A stretch of DNA of 64,000 nucleotides from Rhodospirillales bacterium (GTDB taxonomy: Bacteria > Pseudomonadota > Alphaproteobacteria > Rhodospirillales > Casp-alpha2). Where the stretch lies: assembly GCA_965262415.1 (NCBI GenBank), contig OZ253533.1, positions 1,131,222-1,195,221 of the forward strand, given 5' to 3'. A program made the position numbers and the translations under genes. Position 1 is the first letter of the stretch. Each line of letters begins with the position of its first letter. A model generated the notes under the pieces. That model made no database searches, was not told the DNA's origin, and saw nothing but the letters and a program-made list of their open reading frames with translations. Positions 28,101-37,501 of this stretch are shown here, one piece after another.

Positions 28101-28135
28101 GACCCCCGCCAGCGATGGCGGGGGTCTTTTCGTTT
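28101..28135 (+). terminator. Rho-independent terminator of glnBA
   Basis: gacccccgcc-agcgat-ggcgggggtc (10-bp perfect stem) followed by ttttcgttt. Confidence 0.8.
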
Positions 28136-28338
28136 GTGTTTCGGATCAAAGGAACGGTGCCAGCTGTCGAAACCGTATCTCCTCCTTGCGACAGAGCGTC
28201 GAGCTATCGAAAAGGGCGGCCGGAGAAATCCGCCGTCCTTTCACTATGGTCCTAGATCGAACGCTAGGAGGCCCGGTAGACCCGCAGAGCCGACGGGTTT
28301 CGGGAATCGAGCGGGTGGCCGCTGATGACCCTGAGCGG

Positions 28339-28590
28339 TCATGAGGCCGTCATTCCGGCAAGCATGGCGCCTAGTGCCACGATATGGATCAACATGATCG
28401 CCTTGTCATTCCAAAGCACGCCGACTGCGAACCAACCAACCACGCCAACCACAAACAGATAAAGGTTCCATGGCGTCATTCCGAACGCAGTCGCCGCATA
28501 TCCCATGATCTGGATAATGGACGCGATCCACTTGATAACGAGTACTACTCTGGTTCCGTTAAAGGTCGAAACGGCCACGTCAGACGGCAC
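28339..28590 (-). CDS. Hypothetical 83-aa membrane protein (about 3 TM)
   Basis: Hydrophobic ORF in the AT-richer islet. Overlaps the SDR stop by 11 nt. Confidence 0.5.
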   Translation of the reverse strand: MPSDVAVSTFNGTRVVLVIKWIASIIQIMGYAATAFGMTPWNLYLFVVGVVGWFAVGVLWNDKAIMLIHIVALGAMLAGMTAS

Positions 28591-29287
28591 GGGTTATTCC
28601 CCCATCGACCCGAATGTTCTGTCCGGTGATATATCCACCTCCATCCGATGCAAGAAACGCCACCACTGAAGCGATTTCATTCAGCGAACTCCCGTATCGC
28701 CCCATCGGTATACGTGAACGGAACTCCTCTTTCTCGGGCAGGCTATCTATGAACCCGGGCAGCACGTTGTTCATTCGTACATTGTCGGCTGCATACTTGT
28801 CAGCGAACAGCTTGGTGAATGCGGCCAAACCCGCTCTAAATACTCCTGAGGTCGGAAACACTGGATCAGGTTCAAACGCTGCGAACGTTGAAATATTGAT
28901 GATCGCGCCTGCCTTTTGATCCTGCATGATCGGTGTGACAAGGCGAGTCGGACGGACCACGTTCAAGAAATAAACGTCCATGCCTGTATGCCATTCTTCA
29001 TCGCTCAATTCCAGCACAGGAGCGCGGGGGCCATGTCCTGCGCTGTTCACCAGAACGTCGATGCGGCCCCACTTATCCATCGCCAGATCGACCAGTTTCT
29101 TTAGGTCGCCATTCGATTGGTTGGACCCGGTGACCCCAACACCACCCAACTCATTTGCCAGTGCCTCGCCCTTTCCGGACGACGACAAGATAGCGACCTT
29201 GAATCCGTCATCAGCCAACCTGCGCGCTGAGTCCGCGCCCATGCCGCTTCCGCCTGCTGTGATGACTGCAACTTTATTGATGCTCAT
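28580..29287 (-). CDS. Short-chain dehydrogenase/reductase
   Basis: VAVITAGGSGMG, NSAG, and YAADNVRMNNVLPG motifs. Confidence 0.85.
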   Translation of the reverse strand: MSINKVAVITAGGSGMGADSARRLADDGFKVAILSSSGKGEALANELGGVGVTGSNQSNGDLKKLVDLAMDKWGRIDVLVNSAGHGPRAPVLELSDEEWHTGMDVYFLNVVRPTRLVTPIMQDQKAGAIINISTFAAFEPDPVFPTSGVFRAGLAAFTKLFADKYAADNVRMNNVLPGFIDSLPEKEEFRSRIPMGRYGSSLNEIASVVAFLASDGGGYITGQNIRVDGGITRAV

Positions 29288-29394
29288 TGGAACCTCCAAT
29301 TCTCTGAGAGAGCGGGAAAATATACCTCTCTAGGCTCAGCGACTAATCATTTGTCATTGCATATCCAGTAGTTTTTCTACAGCCTTTGATCATT

Positions 29395-30267
29395 ATGGTG
29401 CGAAATCCGAAACTTAACGCGCTTAGGGTGTTCGATGTGGCGGCTCGTCATTTAAACTTTGGATCCGCCGCTGATGAATTGAATGTGACTCAAGGCGCGG
29501 TTGCTCAATCGATAAGGGGACTCGAGGCCGACCTTGGGATCCTTCTGTTCAAACGGCTACCACGGGGCGTCACGCTTACTGACGTTGGCCTCCGTTACCA
29601 TAATGGTATCGCAAGAGGATTGGCCGTCCTTGATCAGGCCACAGAGGAATTAAGAACGGGCACCAATTCAATATCAGTCAGCGTGCCACCGTCATTCGCA
29701 TCCAAATGGCTCGTTCGCAAACTGCCCTACTTTTTAGAGCGCAATCCCGACATCGAGGTGCGGACTATCGCGACGGAGGCTGTAACAGACTTCCATACAC
29801 AGAATGCCGATGTTGCCGTTCGACAGGGATCAAAACCCACGAGCGATGAACTTATTGCCAATATGCTAGCACCTATCGAGCTTGTTATTGTTTGTGGTCA
29901 ATCCGTCGCATCGCCGCCGGATGCGGACGTTTCCATAGAGTGGTTCGTGGATCAACCGCTAATCCAAGATAGTCACAGACACTGGAACTCCTTGCTTGGG
30001 GAACACTGTTTTAAACCACAACACAAGCTTCTGAGTTTTAACCAAACCGCCTTGGCGATTGATACAGCGATAAGTGGTCAAGGTTATGCTGTTGTTCCGA
30101 GCTTTATTGCGGCAGACGATTTGGCGTCCGGGCGATTGACCGCGATCAAATCCATCATGCACAAAGATGATGATGGCTTCTGGGTCGTTCACCTCGACAA
30201 TGATCCACCCAACAGCCAGACACGCTCGCTATTCGTTGAATGGCTACTGGAGGAAGCAAACAACTGA
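29395..30267 (+). CDS. LysR-family transcriptional regulator (GcvA-like)
   Basis: LNALRVFDVAARHLNFGSAADELNVTQGAVAQSIRGLE wHTH. Divergent from the SDR. ATG 29395 preferred over TTG 29386. Confidence 0.88.
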   Translation: MVRNPKLNALRVFDVAARHLNFGSAADELNVTQGAVAQSIRGLEADLGILLFKRLPRGVTLTDVGLRYHNGIARGLAVLDQATEELRTGTNSISVSVPPSFASKWLVRKLPYFLERNPDIEVRTIATEAVTDFHTQNADVAVRQGSKPTSDELIANMLAPIELVIVCGQSVASPPDADVSIEWFVDQPLIQDSHRHWNSLLGEHCFKPQHKLLSFNQTALAIDTAISGQGYAVVPSFIAADDLASGRLTAIKSIMHKDDDGFWVVHLDNDPPNSQTRSLFVEWLLEEANN

Positions 30268-30409
30268 TCGACCGCTTCTGGCTATTAACGGCCGTCGTCG
30301 TCCCCAGGATACCGCGTCCGGTATGCGCAGGGGAACCGGACGCGCTTAAAGTTTCTCATTAATGTGAGAAATTTCTCACTTTCTATGAGAACCGACACCA
30401 GCGGGCCGC

Positions 30410-31972
30410 TCAGCTCGCTTCCGCGATCTCGTCGGCCGGGCGAAGCTTGGTCACGAACGATTGCACTTCGCGAGCGAGGTTCTCCGATTCGCCCTGCAGC
30501 GCGTTGGAGGCGTCCAGCAGATCCTGTGCCTGGCTGGCGCTCTTGGCGACACCGTCCGTCACATTGCCGACCAGCGACGAGAACGTCGACACGTCGCCTG
30601 CCGTCTGCGTCGCGTTGTCGGCGATGCTCTGCGTCGACGCGCCCTGCTCCTCGATCGCAGCGGCGATGATGGAAGCGGCCTCGCGCAGGCTCTCGATCGA
30701 CGTGCCGATGGCCTCGATGTCGGCGGAGGTCTGCTCCGTCGACGACACGACGTCGTTGATCTGCTGCTCGATCTGTTCCGCGGCCTTGGCCGACTGGCTC
30801 GCCAGATTGCCGACCTCGCTGGCGACGACGGCAAAGCCCTTGCCGGCTTCCCCGGCGCGCGCCGCCTCGATCGTGGCATTCAAGGCGAGAAGATTGATCT
30901 GTTCGGTGATACCGCTGATGACCTCGACGAAGTTGTGAATCTCGCCGACCTTGTCGGTCAGGCTGCGCACGTTCTCGGATGCACGCGTGCTCAGTTCCAC
31001 CGTGTGCGACGTCGTCTCGTTCGATTTGCCGATCTGCGCCGAGATTTCGCGCACCGATGCCGCCAGTTCCTTCGACGCCTCGGCCACCGCATCGACGTTG
31101 CCGGAAATGTTCAACGTCGTCTGGCTCGCGTCCTGGGCGCTGCCCTGCACCTCTTCCGACGCGCTCGTCATCGCCAGCGCCAGCGATTTCAGCGACGCGG
31201 ATGCATTGTTCACCGATTTAACGATCCCGCCGACCTGCACTTCGAAGTCGGCCGCGATCAGTTCCAGTTCACGCTCGCGCTCGGCCTTGCTCTCGGCTTC
31301 GGCCTCGACCTGGCGTCGCGATGCTTCCGCGGCCTCGCGTCCGGCGGCTTCGGCTTCGCCCTGTGCCACTTCGGCCTGCCCCAACGCGGCTTCGGCATCG
31401 CGTTGTGCGATCTCCGCCTTTCTCGATGCTTCCTCGGCGTCGCGGACGGCAACGGTGGCTTCGTCCAGTGCGGCGACCAGCTTGAGCGTACCGATGGCCA
31501 GCACCGCGGTTTCGACGACGACGATCACGGCATGCAGCACGACACGGAAGAAGTCCGCGCCCTGCGGGAAGACCCAGAAAGGCACGGTGAAGTTCAGCGC
31601 CAGGTGATGCACCGCGACAACGCCGGTGGCCACCGCGTAGACCCGCCAGTCGGCGAAGCCCAGCAGCATCGCCAGACCGGCGAAGAAATACATATGAATG
31701 TCGAGCTGCCAGGGATGCGAGCGGAACGCATAGACGAGGACGGCGACGATCAACATGAACGACGCCGCGGTCAGGTAGCGCGTCAGCGGCCCGGTGCCGG
31801 TCAGCCGCCACGAAACCGCGGGCGCCGCTGCGAACACGGCGGCCAGCGCCGTCGGCATCAGCGCATCGTTGCCCGTGATCATGCCGGTCAGCCAGACCAC
31901 CGGCACATGTACGAAAAGATACGGGATCAGGTACTTGGCGGTCGTCTGCCGCAGTGCGTCGGTTGCCGTCAT
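30410..31972 (-). CDS. Methyl-accepting chemotaxis protein (multi-TM N-terminus, no obvious periplasmic domain)
   Basis: Highly conserved signalling hairpin [27 protein letters not shown]. Confidence 0.9.
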   Translation of the reverse strand: MTATDALRQTTAKYLIPYLFVHVPVVWLTGMITGNDALMPTALAAVFAAAPAVSWRLTGTGPLTRYLTAASFMLIVAVLVYAFRSHPWQLDIHMYFFAGLAMLLGFADWRVYAVATGVVAVHHLALNFTVPFWVFPQGADFFRVVLHAVIVVVETAVLAIGTLKLVAALDEATVAVRDAEEASRKAEIAQRDAEAALGQAEVAQGEAEAAGREAAEASRRQVEAEAESKAERERELELIAADFEVQVGGIVKSVNNASASLKSLALAMTSASEEVQGSAQDASQTTLNISGNVDAVAEASKELAASVREISAQIGKSNETTSHTVELSTRASENVRSLTDKVGEIHNFVEVISGITEQINLLALNATIEAARAGEAGKGFAVVASEVGNLASQSAKAAEQIEQQINDVVSSTEQTSADIEAIGTSIESLREAASIIAAAIEEQGASTQSIADNATQTAGDVSTFSSLVGNVTDGVAKSASQAQDLLDASNALQGESENLAREVQSFVTKLRPADEIAEAS

Positions 31973-31983
31973 TGTCTTTGTTC

Positions 31984-32352
31984 CTACTGTTCGATACCGA
32001 GAGAGAGGCAGGCGCCGGGCGCCAGCGGGTTCATGGCCGCTAGCGCGCCCGTCCTCTCGAGAATCCGGTCGGCCTCAAGGCCCGTGAAATTCGCGATCAC
32101 CACATTGCCGGCAGCGCCGAAGCGCGCGATGCGCCCGTCCGCCCGCGCCACCGCCTCGAGCGTCTGGTCGCCACTGAAAGACGGCGGGAATACCAGCGCG
32201 ACATTCTCCATGTCCGGCGTCACCCGAAGCGACAGCCACGTAATCGCAGCAATACCGAGCACCCCGAACAACAGGGATACCGCCATGGCCTGATGCCGTT
32301 CCTGGGCCGTTTCAACGTGCATTTGCGGTTCACTCCGAACCAACGTGGTCAA
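31984..32352 (-). CDS. Hypothetical membrane-anchored protein
   Basis: ORF 11 nt upstream of the MCP. One TM helix ([19 protein letters not shown]). No known motif. Confidence 0.45.
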   Translation of the reverse strand: MTTLVRSEPQMHVETAQERHQAMAVSLLFGVLGIAAITWLSLRVTPDMENVALVFPPSFSGDQTLEAVARADGRIARFGAAGNVVIANFTGLEADRILERTGALAAMNPLAPGACLSLGIEQ

Positions 32353-32554
32353 ATCCGTTCAATGTTTAGACCAATCGCCGCACCGATTCATATCGGGGCT
32401 AACCGAGGGGCCCTTGCGCATCCCCCTTCGATTACGGGGATAATCCGGCATTGGACCAGCCGCGCGCGAGTTAAATTAGGACGACAACTGGTCCTAACCC
32501 GGCTATTATGACGGCACGCATATGCGCGTCGGCGTCAACGCTCTATAAGGAATC

Positions 32555-32914
32555 ATGGCAAAACCCGCATCATCCCAGCCGATGACCGTTCGCGACGATA
32601 ACCTCAGATTGATCTTCGCGCCGGTCGAACAACAGCTTATCGAGGAGCGCGCCCTCGATCTGCGCGCGGGCGCCATGCTTCTGGTGATTTTCTGTGTCGC
32701 GACATGGCTTTTCACCTTGGGCGCCGCCGCAGACGGCTTTTTCCTGTCCGAGGTAACAATTCTGGGTCTGACATTTGTGTCTGTCTGGATGCTCGCGATC
32801 GGCGTCAGCCTGCTTTCGCCGCTGATCGCCGTCGTTCTCGCGGTCGAATACGCGAAAGTCCGCCGCCGCCAACGTGAACACGACGCCCTGATGCGCCGCT
32901 ACGGGCGGGGGTAA
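32555..32914 (+). CDS. Hypothetical membrane protein
   Basis: Two or three hydrophobic helices. No known motif. Confidence 0.45.
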   Translation: MAKPASSQPMTVRDDNLRLIFAPVEQQLIEERALDLRAGAMLLVIFCVATWLFTLGAAADGFFLSEVTILGLTFVSVWMLAIGVSLLSPLIAVVLAVEYAKVRRRQREHDALMRRYGRG

Positions 32915-32927
32915 AGCTCAAAAAGTT

Positions 32928-33069
32928 CGTCATCCTGAACTTGGTTCAGGATCCATCCTTCGAGACGGCCTTTCAGGCCTCCTCAGGATGAGGACCAGAC
33001 CTCCTCATGCTGAGGAGCGAAGCGTCTCGAAGCATGAGAATTGGCCCCAAATCAAGTTTGGGATGACAG
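32928..33069. repeat. Intergenic palindromic repeat, family B, copy 2
   Basis: cgtcatcctgaacttggttcaggatcc ... ggccccaaatcaagtttgggatgacag. End modules match 19679..19765. Confidence 0.7.
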
Positions 33070-33086
33070 CGTATTTGAAAGCGCCG

Positions 33087-33470
33087 TCACTTTCTCGGCG
33101 GCAATGTCACCGTAAACGTCCTGGCGCCGGGGCCGGTGGTGTTGCAGAAGGCCCGTATCGTCACCTCGGTGACGCCGATCGGGATCTCGACCCGGCCGAG
33201 GCTGCGCGTGAACGGCTGCTCGTCCACGTGCGGATGATAGAGGGTCCGCGTTCCCAGCACCCTGTTGTCCGGTCCGCCCAGGACTTCCCACTTGTCCGCA
33301 TAGTGCGACCAGCCCTCGTCGCGGTGCGAGACGGTGACGTTGAAAGCATACGTGCCGTCCGCATTGGCCCGGACCGTGGCGTCGAGCACCGCCGGTTCGT
33401 CCGCCGCGAGCGATGCCGGGATCAGCAGAGAGAGCGCGGCAAGCGCTGCCGGCATGACATGTGACCGCAT
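33087..33470 (-). CDS. Hypothetical secreted protein
   Basis: Signal peptide MRSHVMPAALAALSLLIPASLAA. No known motif. Confidence 0.5.
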   Translation of the reverse strand: MRSHVMPAALAALSLLIPASLAADEPAVLDATVRANADGTYAFNVTVSHRDEGWSHYADKWEVLGGPDNRVLGTRTLYHPHVDEQPFTRSLGRVEIPIGVTEVTIRAFCNTTGPGARTFTVTLPPRK

Positions 33471-33646
33471 TGGACACCCTCCTCAACTAACGTTTCCCAA
33501 GCGTGAGCATACGCGCGTTTGAGATCAAGTCTGGAGTTGAAAAACGCTTGAAATTCCATATTTGTTCTTATAATGTTCTTTTAATGTTCCTGCTTTGGCA
33601 GAAAACCAAGCCCGCAGGTCGGGCGTATCGGACGGAGGAGAAAATC

Positions 33647-33742
33647 ATGAACAAGTGGCACAACGCAGGCCGTTTCCTGAGCGAGTTTCTGGCCCTCGGC
33701 ACGCTGTTCGTTTCCGCCTACATCTCGATGATGCTGATCTGA
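33647..33742 (+). CDS. 31-aa hydrophobic peptide
   Basis: GGAGGAG lies 6 nt upstream of the ATG. Translation is MNKWHNAGRFLSEFLALGTLFVSAYISMMLI (one TM helix), followed by the imperfect hairpin acccgggg-ccgc-cccctgggt. Confidence 0.4.
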   Translation: MNKWHNAGRFLSEFLALGTLFVSAYISMMLI

Positions 33743-33771
33743 CAGTGAAACCCGGGGCCGCCCCCCTGGGT

Positions 33772-34197
33772 CTAGTGCGGAAGGGACTCCAGCGGCGGCA
33801 CCTCGCGCTTGTTCCCGTCGGCGTCGATGGCGACGAACGTAAAGGTCCCTTCCGTCACCTTGATCCGCTGGTCGGGCCGGCGCCCGCGCAGCACCCAGGC
33901 CGACACCAGCACGGTGATCGACGTGCGGCCGGTCCTGACAACCTCCGAGTAACAGCACACCACGTCGCCGACGAAGATCGGCCGGTGGAACGTGAAGCCG
34001 TCGACGGCGACCGTTGCGACGCGGCCGTCGGCCCGGTTCCACGCCGTGATGCCGCCGGCGATATCCATCTGCGCCATCACCCAGCCGCCGAAAATGTCGC
34101 CGGATGGGTTGGTGTCCGCGGGCATGGCAAGGGTGCGCAGCGCAAGCTCGCCGCGCGGCTGTTCCTGGGGCGGATTGGAGGCGCCGTTATCGCTCAT
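33772..34197 (-). CDS. Acyl-CoA thioesterase (YciA-like hotdog fold)
   Basis: MPADTNPSGDIFGGWVMAQMDIAGG motif. Confidence 0.85.
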   Translation of the reverse strand: MSDNGASNPPQEQPRGELALRTLAMPADTNPSGDIFGGWVMAQMDIAGGITAWNRADGRVATVAVDGFTFHRPIFVGDVVCCYSEVVRTGRTSITVLVSAWVLRGRRPDQRIKVTEGTFTFVAIDADGNKREVPPLESLPH

Positions 34198-34248
34198 GTC
34201 TGGCCGTTCCTTAGGTCGATGATTGCGTTGGGAGCCGATTCAACCAGA

Positions 34249-34755
34249 TCAGCCGCCGGATGCAACGCCAAACGCGTCATGAAACCGGACCTCGCCCGAC
34301 GGAACCCCGTCCGCGAACGGCAGGATCATGAAATACCCGGCTGGCGCGTTTTCCAGCGTCATCCCGCTGTCCGGATTGAAGCCGAAGCGGCGGTAATAGG
34401 CCGGGTCGCCGAACACGACGCAGCCTCCGTATCCGCCGCTTTTCAGCCGTGCGAGCCCGTCGCGCACCAGCGCTGTGCCGATGCCCGTGCGCTGCCGGGC
34501 GGGATCGACCGCGAGAGGTCCGAGGCCGAGCCAGTTCCCCGGACTGCCCGCCACCGTTACCGGCGAAAACGCGATATGCCCCGCGATCTCGCCGTCGATC
34601 TCGGCGACCAGCGACAGCGTCAGCGCGCCTGCGTCGCGAAGCCCGGCAACGATCGCGGACTCCGTGCCGTCGCTGTAAACGGTTTCGGCAAAGGCCTTGG
34701 CGACAAGCGCCGAGATCGCCGCCGCATCGTCCGCGGATTCGTCTCTGATCAGCAT
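34249..34755 (-). CDS. GNAT-family N-acetyltransferase (YhbS-like)
   Basis: MLIRDES start, typical of YhbS-like proteins. RQRTGIGTALV acetyl-CoA motif. Confidence 0.85.
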   Translation of the reverse strand: MLIRDESADDAAAISALVAKAFAETVYSDGTESAIVAGLRDAGALTLSLVAEIDGEIAGHIAFSPVTVAGSPGNWLGLGPLAVDPARQRTGIGTALVRDGLARLKSGGYGGCVVFGDPAYYRRFGFNPDSGMTLENAPAGYFMILPFADGVPSGEVRFHDAFGVASGG

Positions 34756-34945
34756 GTTTTCGCAGTTTTTCGCCAATGACGGTTAACGGAATATATACAA
34801 GATATGGGTGCGAAGATAGCACCGATATACCTTATCATCCTTGATGCAGGTTACCTGTCCGCGTAAAGTGGGCGCAGTTTAACAGGGGTTTCGGGGCTCA
34901 CGCGGGCTCGTCGTTTACTGACGGTACACTGGGGATTACACACAC

Positions 34946-37102
34946 ATGGAACGTAGTGGTGATATGGGGGATCTGTTCGGCAATGGCGACACCGAGGCCG
35001 GCACCACAACCAGCGCCCGTAACGCCAAAGGCAAGGGCAAAAAGAAGGCCAGTGACCCCGTGAGCAAGAAGCCGACCAAGTCCGCCGCCAAGAAGGCCAC
35101 CACGAAATCGTCTACAAAGGCCGACGGCAGCAACAGCGGCCGCACCAAGGACAGCTACTCCGCCAAGGATATCGAGGTCCTCGAGGGCCTGGAGCCGGTC
35201 CGCCACCGCCCCGGCATGTACATCGGCGGCACCGACGAGCGTGCGCTGCACCACCTGGCGGCGGAAATCCTCGATAACTCCATGGACGAGGCGGTCGCCG
35301 GCCATGCGACGCGGATCGAGATCGAGCTGGACGCCGAGTACCGGCTGACCATCCGCGATAACGGGCGCGGTATCCCTGTCGATCCGCACCCGAAATTCAA
35401 GGACAAGTCGGCACTGGAAGTCATCCTGACGACGCTGCATTCCGGCGGCAAGTTCGGCGGCGACGCCTATGCGACGTCGGGCGGCCTGCACGGCGTCGGC
35501 CTATCAGTCGTCAACGCGCTCGCCGAGACCCTCTCGGTCGAGGTCTGCAAGGACAAGAAGCTGTGGACGCAGATCTATGAACGCGGCAAGCCGAAAACCA
35601 AACTGACGGATGGTGGCGCCGTTTCCAACCGCCGTGGCACGACCATCACCTTCCTGCCAGATCCGCAGATTTTCGGCACCGGCGCGCGTTTCAAGCCACA
35701 GACCCTGTTCCGCATGGCGCGCTCGAAAGCCTACCTGTTCCGGGGCGTGGAGATCCGCTGGTCGGTCGACCCCAAGATTCTCAAGTCCGACGACGACACA
35801 CCGGAAACCGCGACCCTGCACTTCCCGGGCGGTCTCGGCGACTTTCTGGAAAGCCTGCTCAAGGGCCGGAAGACCATGACGCACACGCCGTTCGCCGGCG
35901 ACGCAACGTTCCCGAACGACGCCGGGCGCGTCGAATGGGCAGTCGCCTGGCCGGTCGACGAGGACGCGTTCTTCAATTCCTACTGCAACACCGTGCCGAC
36001 GCCGCTCGGCGGCACCCATGAACTGGGCCTGCGCGGTGCGCTGACCAAGGGCCTCAGGGCCTATGGCGAGCTCACCAAGAACAAGCAGGCGGCGAAGCTG
36101 CAGGCCGAGGACGTGGTGGGCGGCGCCGATATCATGCTGTCGGTGTTCATCCGCGACCCGCAGTTCCAGGGCCAGACCAAGGAAAAGCTCTCCACCACCG
36201 ACGCGCAAAAGCTGGTCGAGACATCGGTGCGCGATCACTTCGATCACTGGCTGTCGGCGTCCCCGGAAATGGCGACGGCACTGCTGGAGCACGCCATCGA
36301 ACGCGCCGAGATACGGCTCAAGAAGCGCGACGACAAACAGACGAAGCGCCAGTCGGCAACGCGCCGCCTCCGTCTGCCCGGCAAGCTCGCCGACTGCGCC
36401 AACAATACGCGCGAGGGGACCGAGCTTTTCATCGTCGAGGGCGACAGCGCCGGCGGCTCCGCCAAGCAGGCCCGAGACCGCAAGTTCCAGGCGATCCTGC
36501 CGCTCCGCGGCAAGATCCTGAACGTCGCCAGCGCCACCGTCGACAAGATGCGCGCCAACCAGGAACTAACCGACATGATCGAGGCCCTGGGCTGCGGCAT
36601 CGGCGAGCGGTTCATGATCGACGACCTGCGCTACGAAAAGATTATCATCATGACCGATGCCGATGTCGATGGTGCGCACATCGCCTCGCTGCTGATGACG
36701 TTCTTCTATCAGCAGATGCCGGGCCTGATCGAGGAAGGCGCGCTCTATCTCGCGATGCCGCCGCTCTATCGCCTGACGCAGGGCGGCAAGACCATGTACG
36801 CGCGCGACGACGTGCACCGCGAAAAGCTGATGGAGACCGAGTTCAAGGGCCGCGGCAAGGTCGAGGTCAGCCGCTTCAAGGGTCTCGGTGAAATGCCGCC
36901 GGCGCAGCTCAAGGAAACCACCATGGCGCCCGCCAACCGGACGCTGATCCGCGTCACCGTGCCGGGCACGCACACCGACGACGAGAAACTGGAAGCCAAG
37001 CAGACCGCACGTCTGGTCGAGCAGCTCATGGGCAAGAAGCCGGAACTGCGCTTCAACTACATCCAGGAACACGCCCGGTTCGTCGAGGATATCGATATCT
37101 AG
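34946..37102 (+). CDS. parE: DNA topoisomerase IV subunit B with Lys/Ser/Thr-rich N-terminal extension
   Basis: IEVLEGLEPVRHRPGMYIGGTD, GGLHGVG, EGDSAGGSAKQARDR (Toprim) and PLRGKILNV. About 70 aa of basic low-complexity sequence precede the ATPase core. The exact start is uncertain. Confidence 0.9.
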   Translation: MERSGDMGDLFGNGDTEAGTTTSARNAKGKGKKKASDPVSKKPTKSAAKKATTKSSTKADGSNSGRTKDSYSAKDIEVLEGLEPVRHRPGMYIGGTDERALHHLAAEILDNSMDEAVAGHATRIEIELDAEYRLTIRDNGRGIPVDPHPKFKDKSALEVILTTLHSGGKFGGDAYATSGGLHGVGLSVVNALAETLSVEVCKDKKLWTQIYERGKPKTKLTDGGAVSNRRGTTITFLPDPQIFGTGARFKPQTLFRMARSKAYLFRGVEIRWSVDPKILKSDDDTPETATLHFPGGLGDFLESLLKGRKTMTHTPFAGDATFPNDAGRVEWAVAWPVDEDAFFNSYCNTVPTPLGGTHELGLRGALTKGLRAYGELTKNKQAAKLQAEDVVGGADIMLSVFIRDPQFQGQTKEKLSTTDAQKLVETSVRDHFDHWLSASPEMATALLEHAIERAEIRLKKRDDKQTKRQSATRRLRLPGKLADCANNTREGTELFIVEGDSAGGSAKQARDRKFQAILPLRGKILNVASATVDKMRANQELTDMIEALGCGIGERFMIDDLRYEKIIIMTDADVDGAHIASLLMTFFYQQMPGLIEEGALYLAMPPLYRLTQGGKTMYARDDVHREKLMETEFKGRGKVEVSRFKGLGEMPPAQLKETTMAPANRTLIRVTVPGTHTDDEKLEAKQTARLVEQLMGKKPELRFNYIQEHARFVEDIDI

Positions 37103-37104
37103 GG

Positions 37105-37245
37105 CTCAAGACCCCTCACCCGGCGCTTCGCGCCACCCTCTCCCCAGGAGAGGGTAATATGCCCAATTCAAGCGAGAGTCCCTTCTCCGTCGCCAATCCA
37201 ATTGGCGCGAGCCAAAATGGGAGAAGGACAGGATGAGGGGCTGTT
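37105..37245. repeat. Composite nested-palindrome intergenic element
   Basis: Hairpins ggcgc-ttc-gcgcc and ccctctcc-cca-ggagaggg. Outer arms cccctca/tgagggg (37112/37234), inner arms gtcccttctcc/gggagaaggac, central gccaat-cc-aattggc. Confidence 0.65.
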
Positions 37246-37273
37246 CAAGGAACGCCGTGATTTACGAATATGC

Positions 37274-37349
37274 TGTGTCATCCCCGCGAAGGCGGGGATC
37301 CAAACTATCCGCCGAGCATTGGATTCCCGCCTACGCGGGAATGACGCAT
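37274..37349. repeat. Intergenic palindromic repeat, family C, copy 1 (about 75 bp double hairpin)
   Basis: gtgtcatccccgcgaaggcggggatcc ... ggattcccgcctacgcgggaatgacgc. Near-identical architecture at 39471..39542. Confidence 0.75.
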
Positions 37350-37354
37350 TAAGT

Positions 37355-37390
37355 GTGATGCTACTGGATGAAAATGTGACGCTACTGGAT
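37355..37390 (+). repeat. Tandem 15-bp direct repeat GTGA(T/C)GCTACTGGAT x2 with a 6-nt spacer
   Basis: gtgatgctactggat gaaaat gtgacgctactggat, about 110 nt upstream of the helicase start. Confidence 0.8.
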
Positions 37391-37501
37391 AACCCGTTGA
37401 ACACGGTGCTACAAAAAGTGCGCCGCAGACAGTAAACTGGTATTTTCGACCACTTGCGCCGGCGCGCCTGCTGCAAATCAACGAGAAAGACTTTCTGAAG
37501 T

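Noticed and set aside
30461-32293. 610-aa plus-strand ORF
   Set aside because: Antisense to the MCP gene and its upstream neighbour. The content is repetitive and Arg/Gly/Asp-rich.
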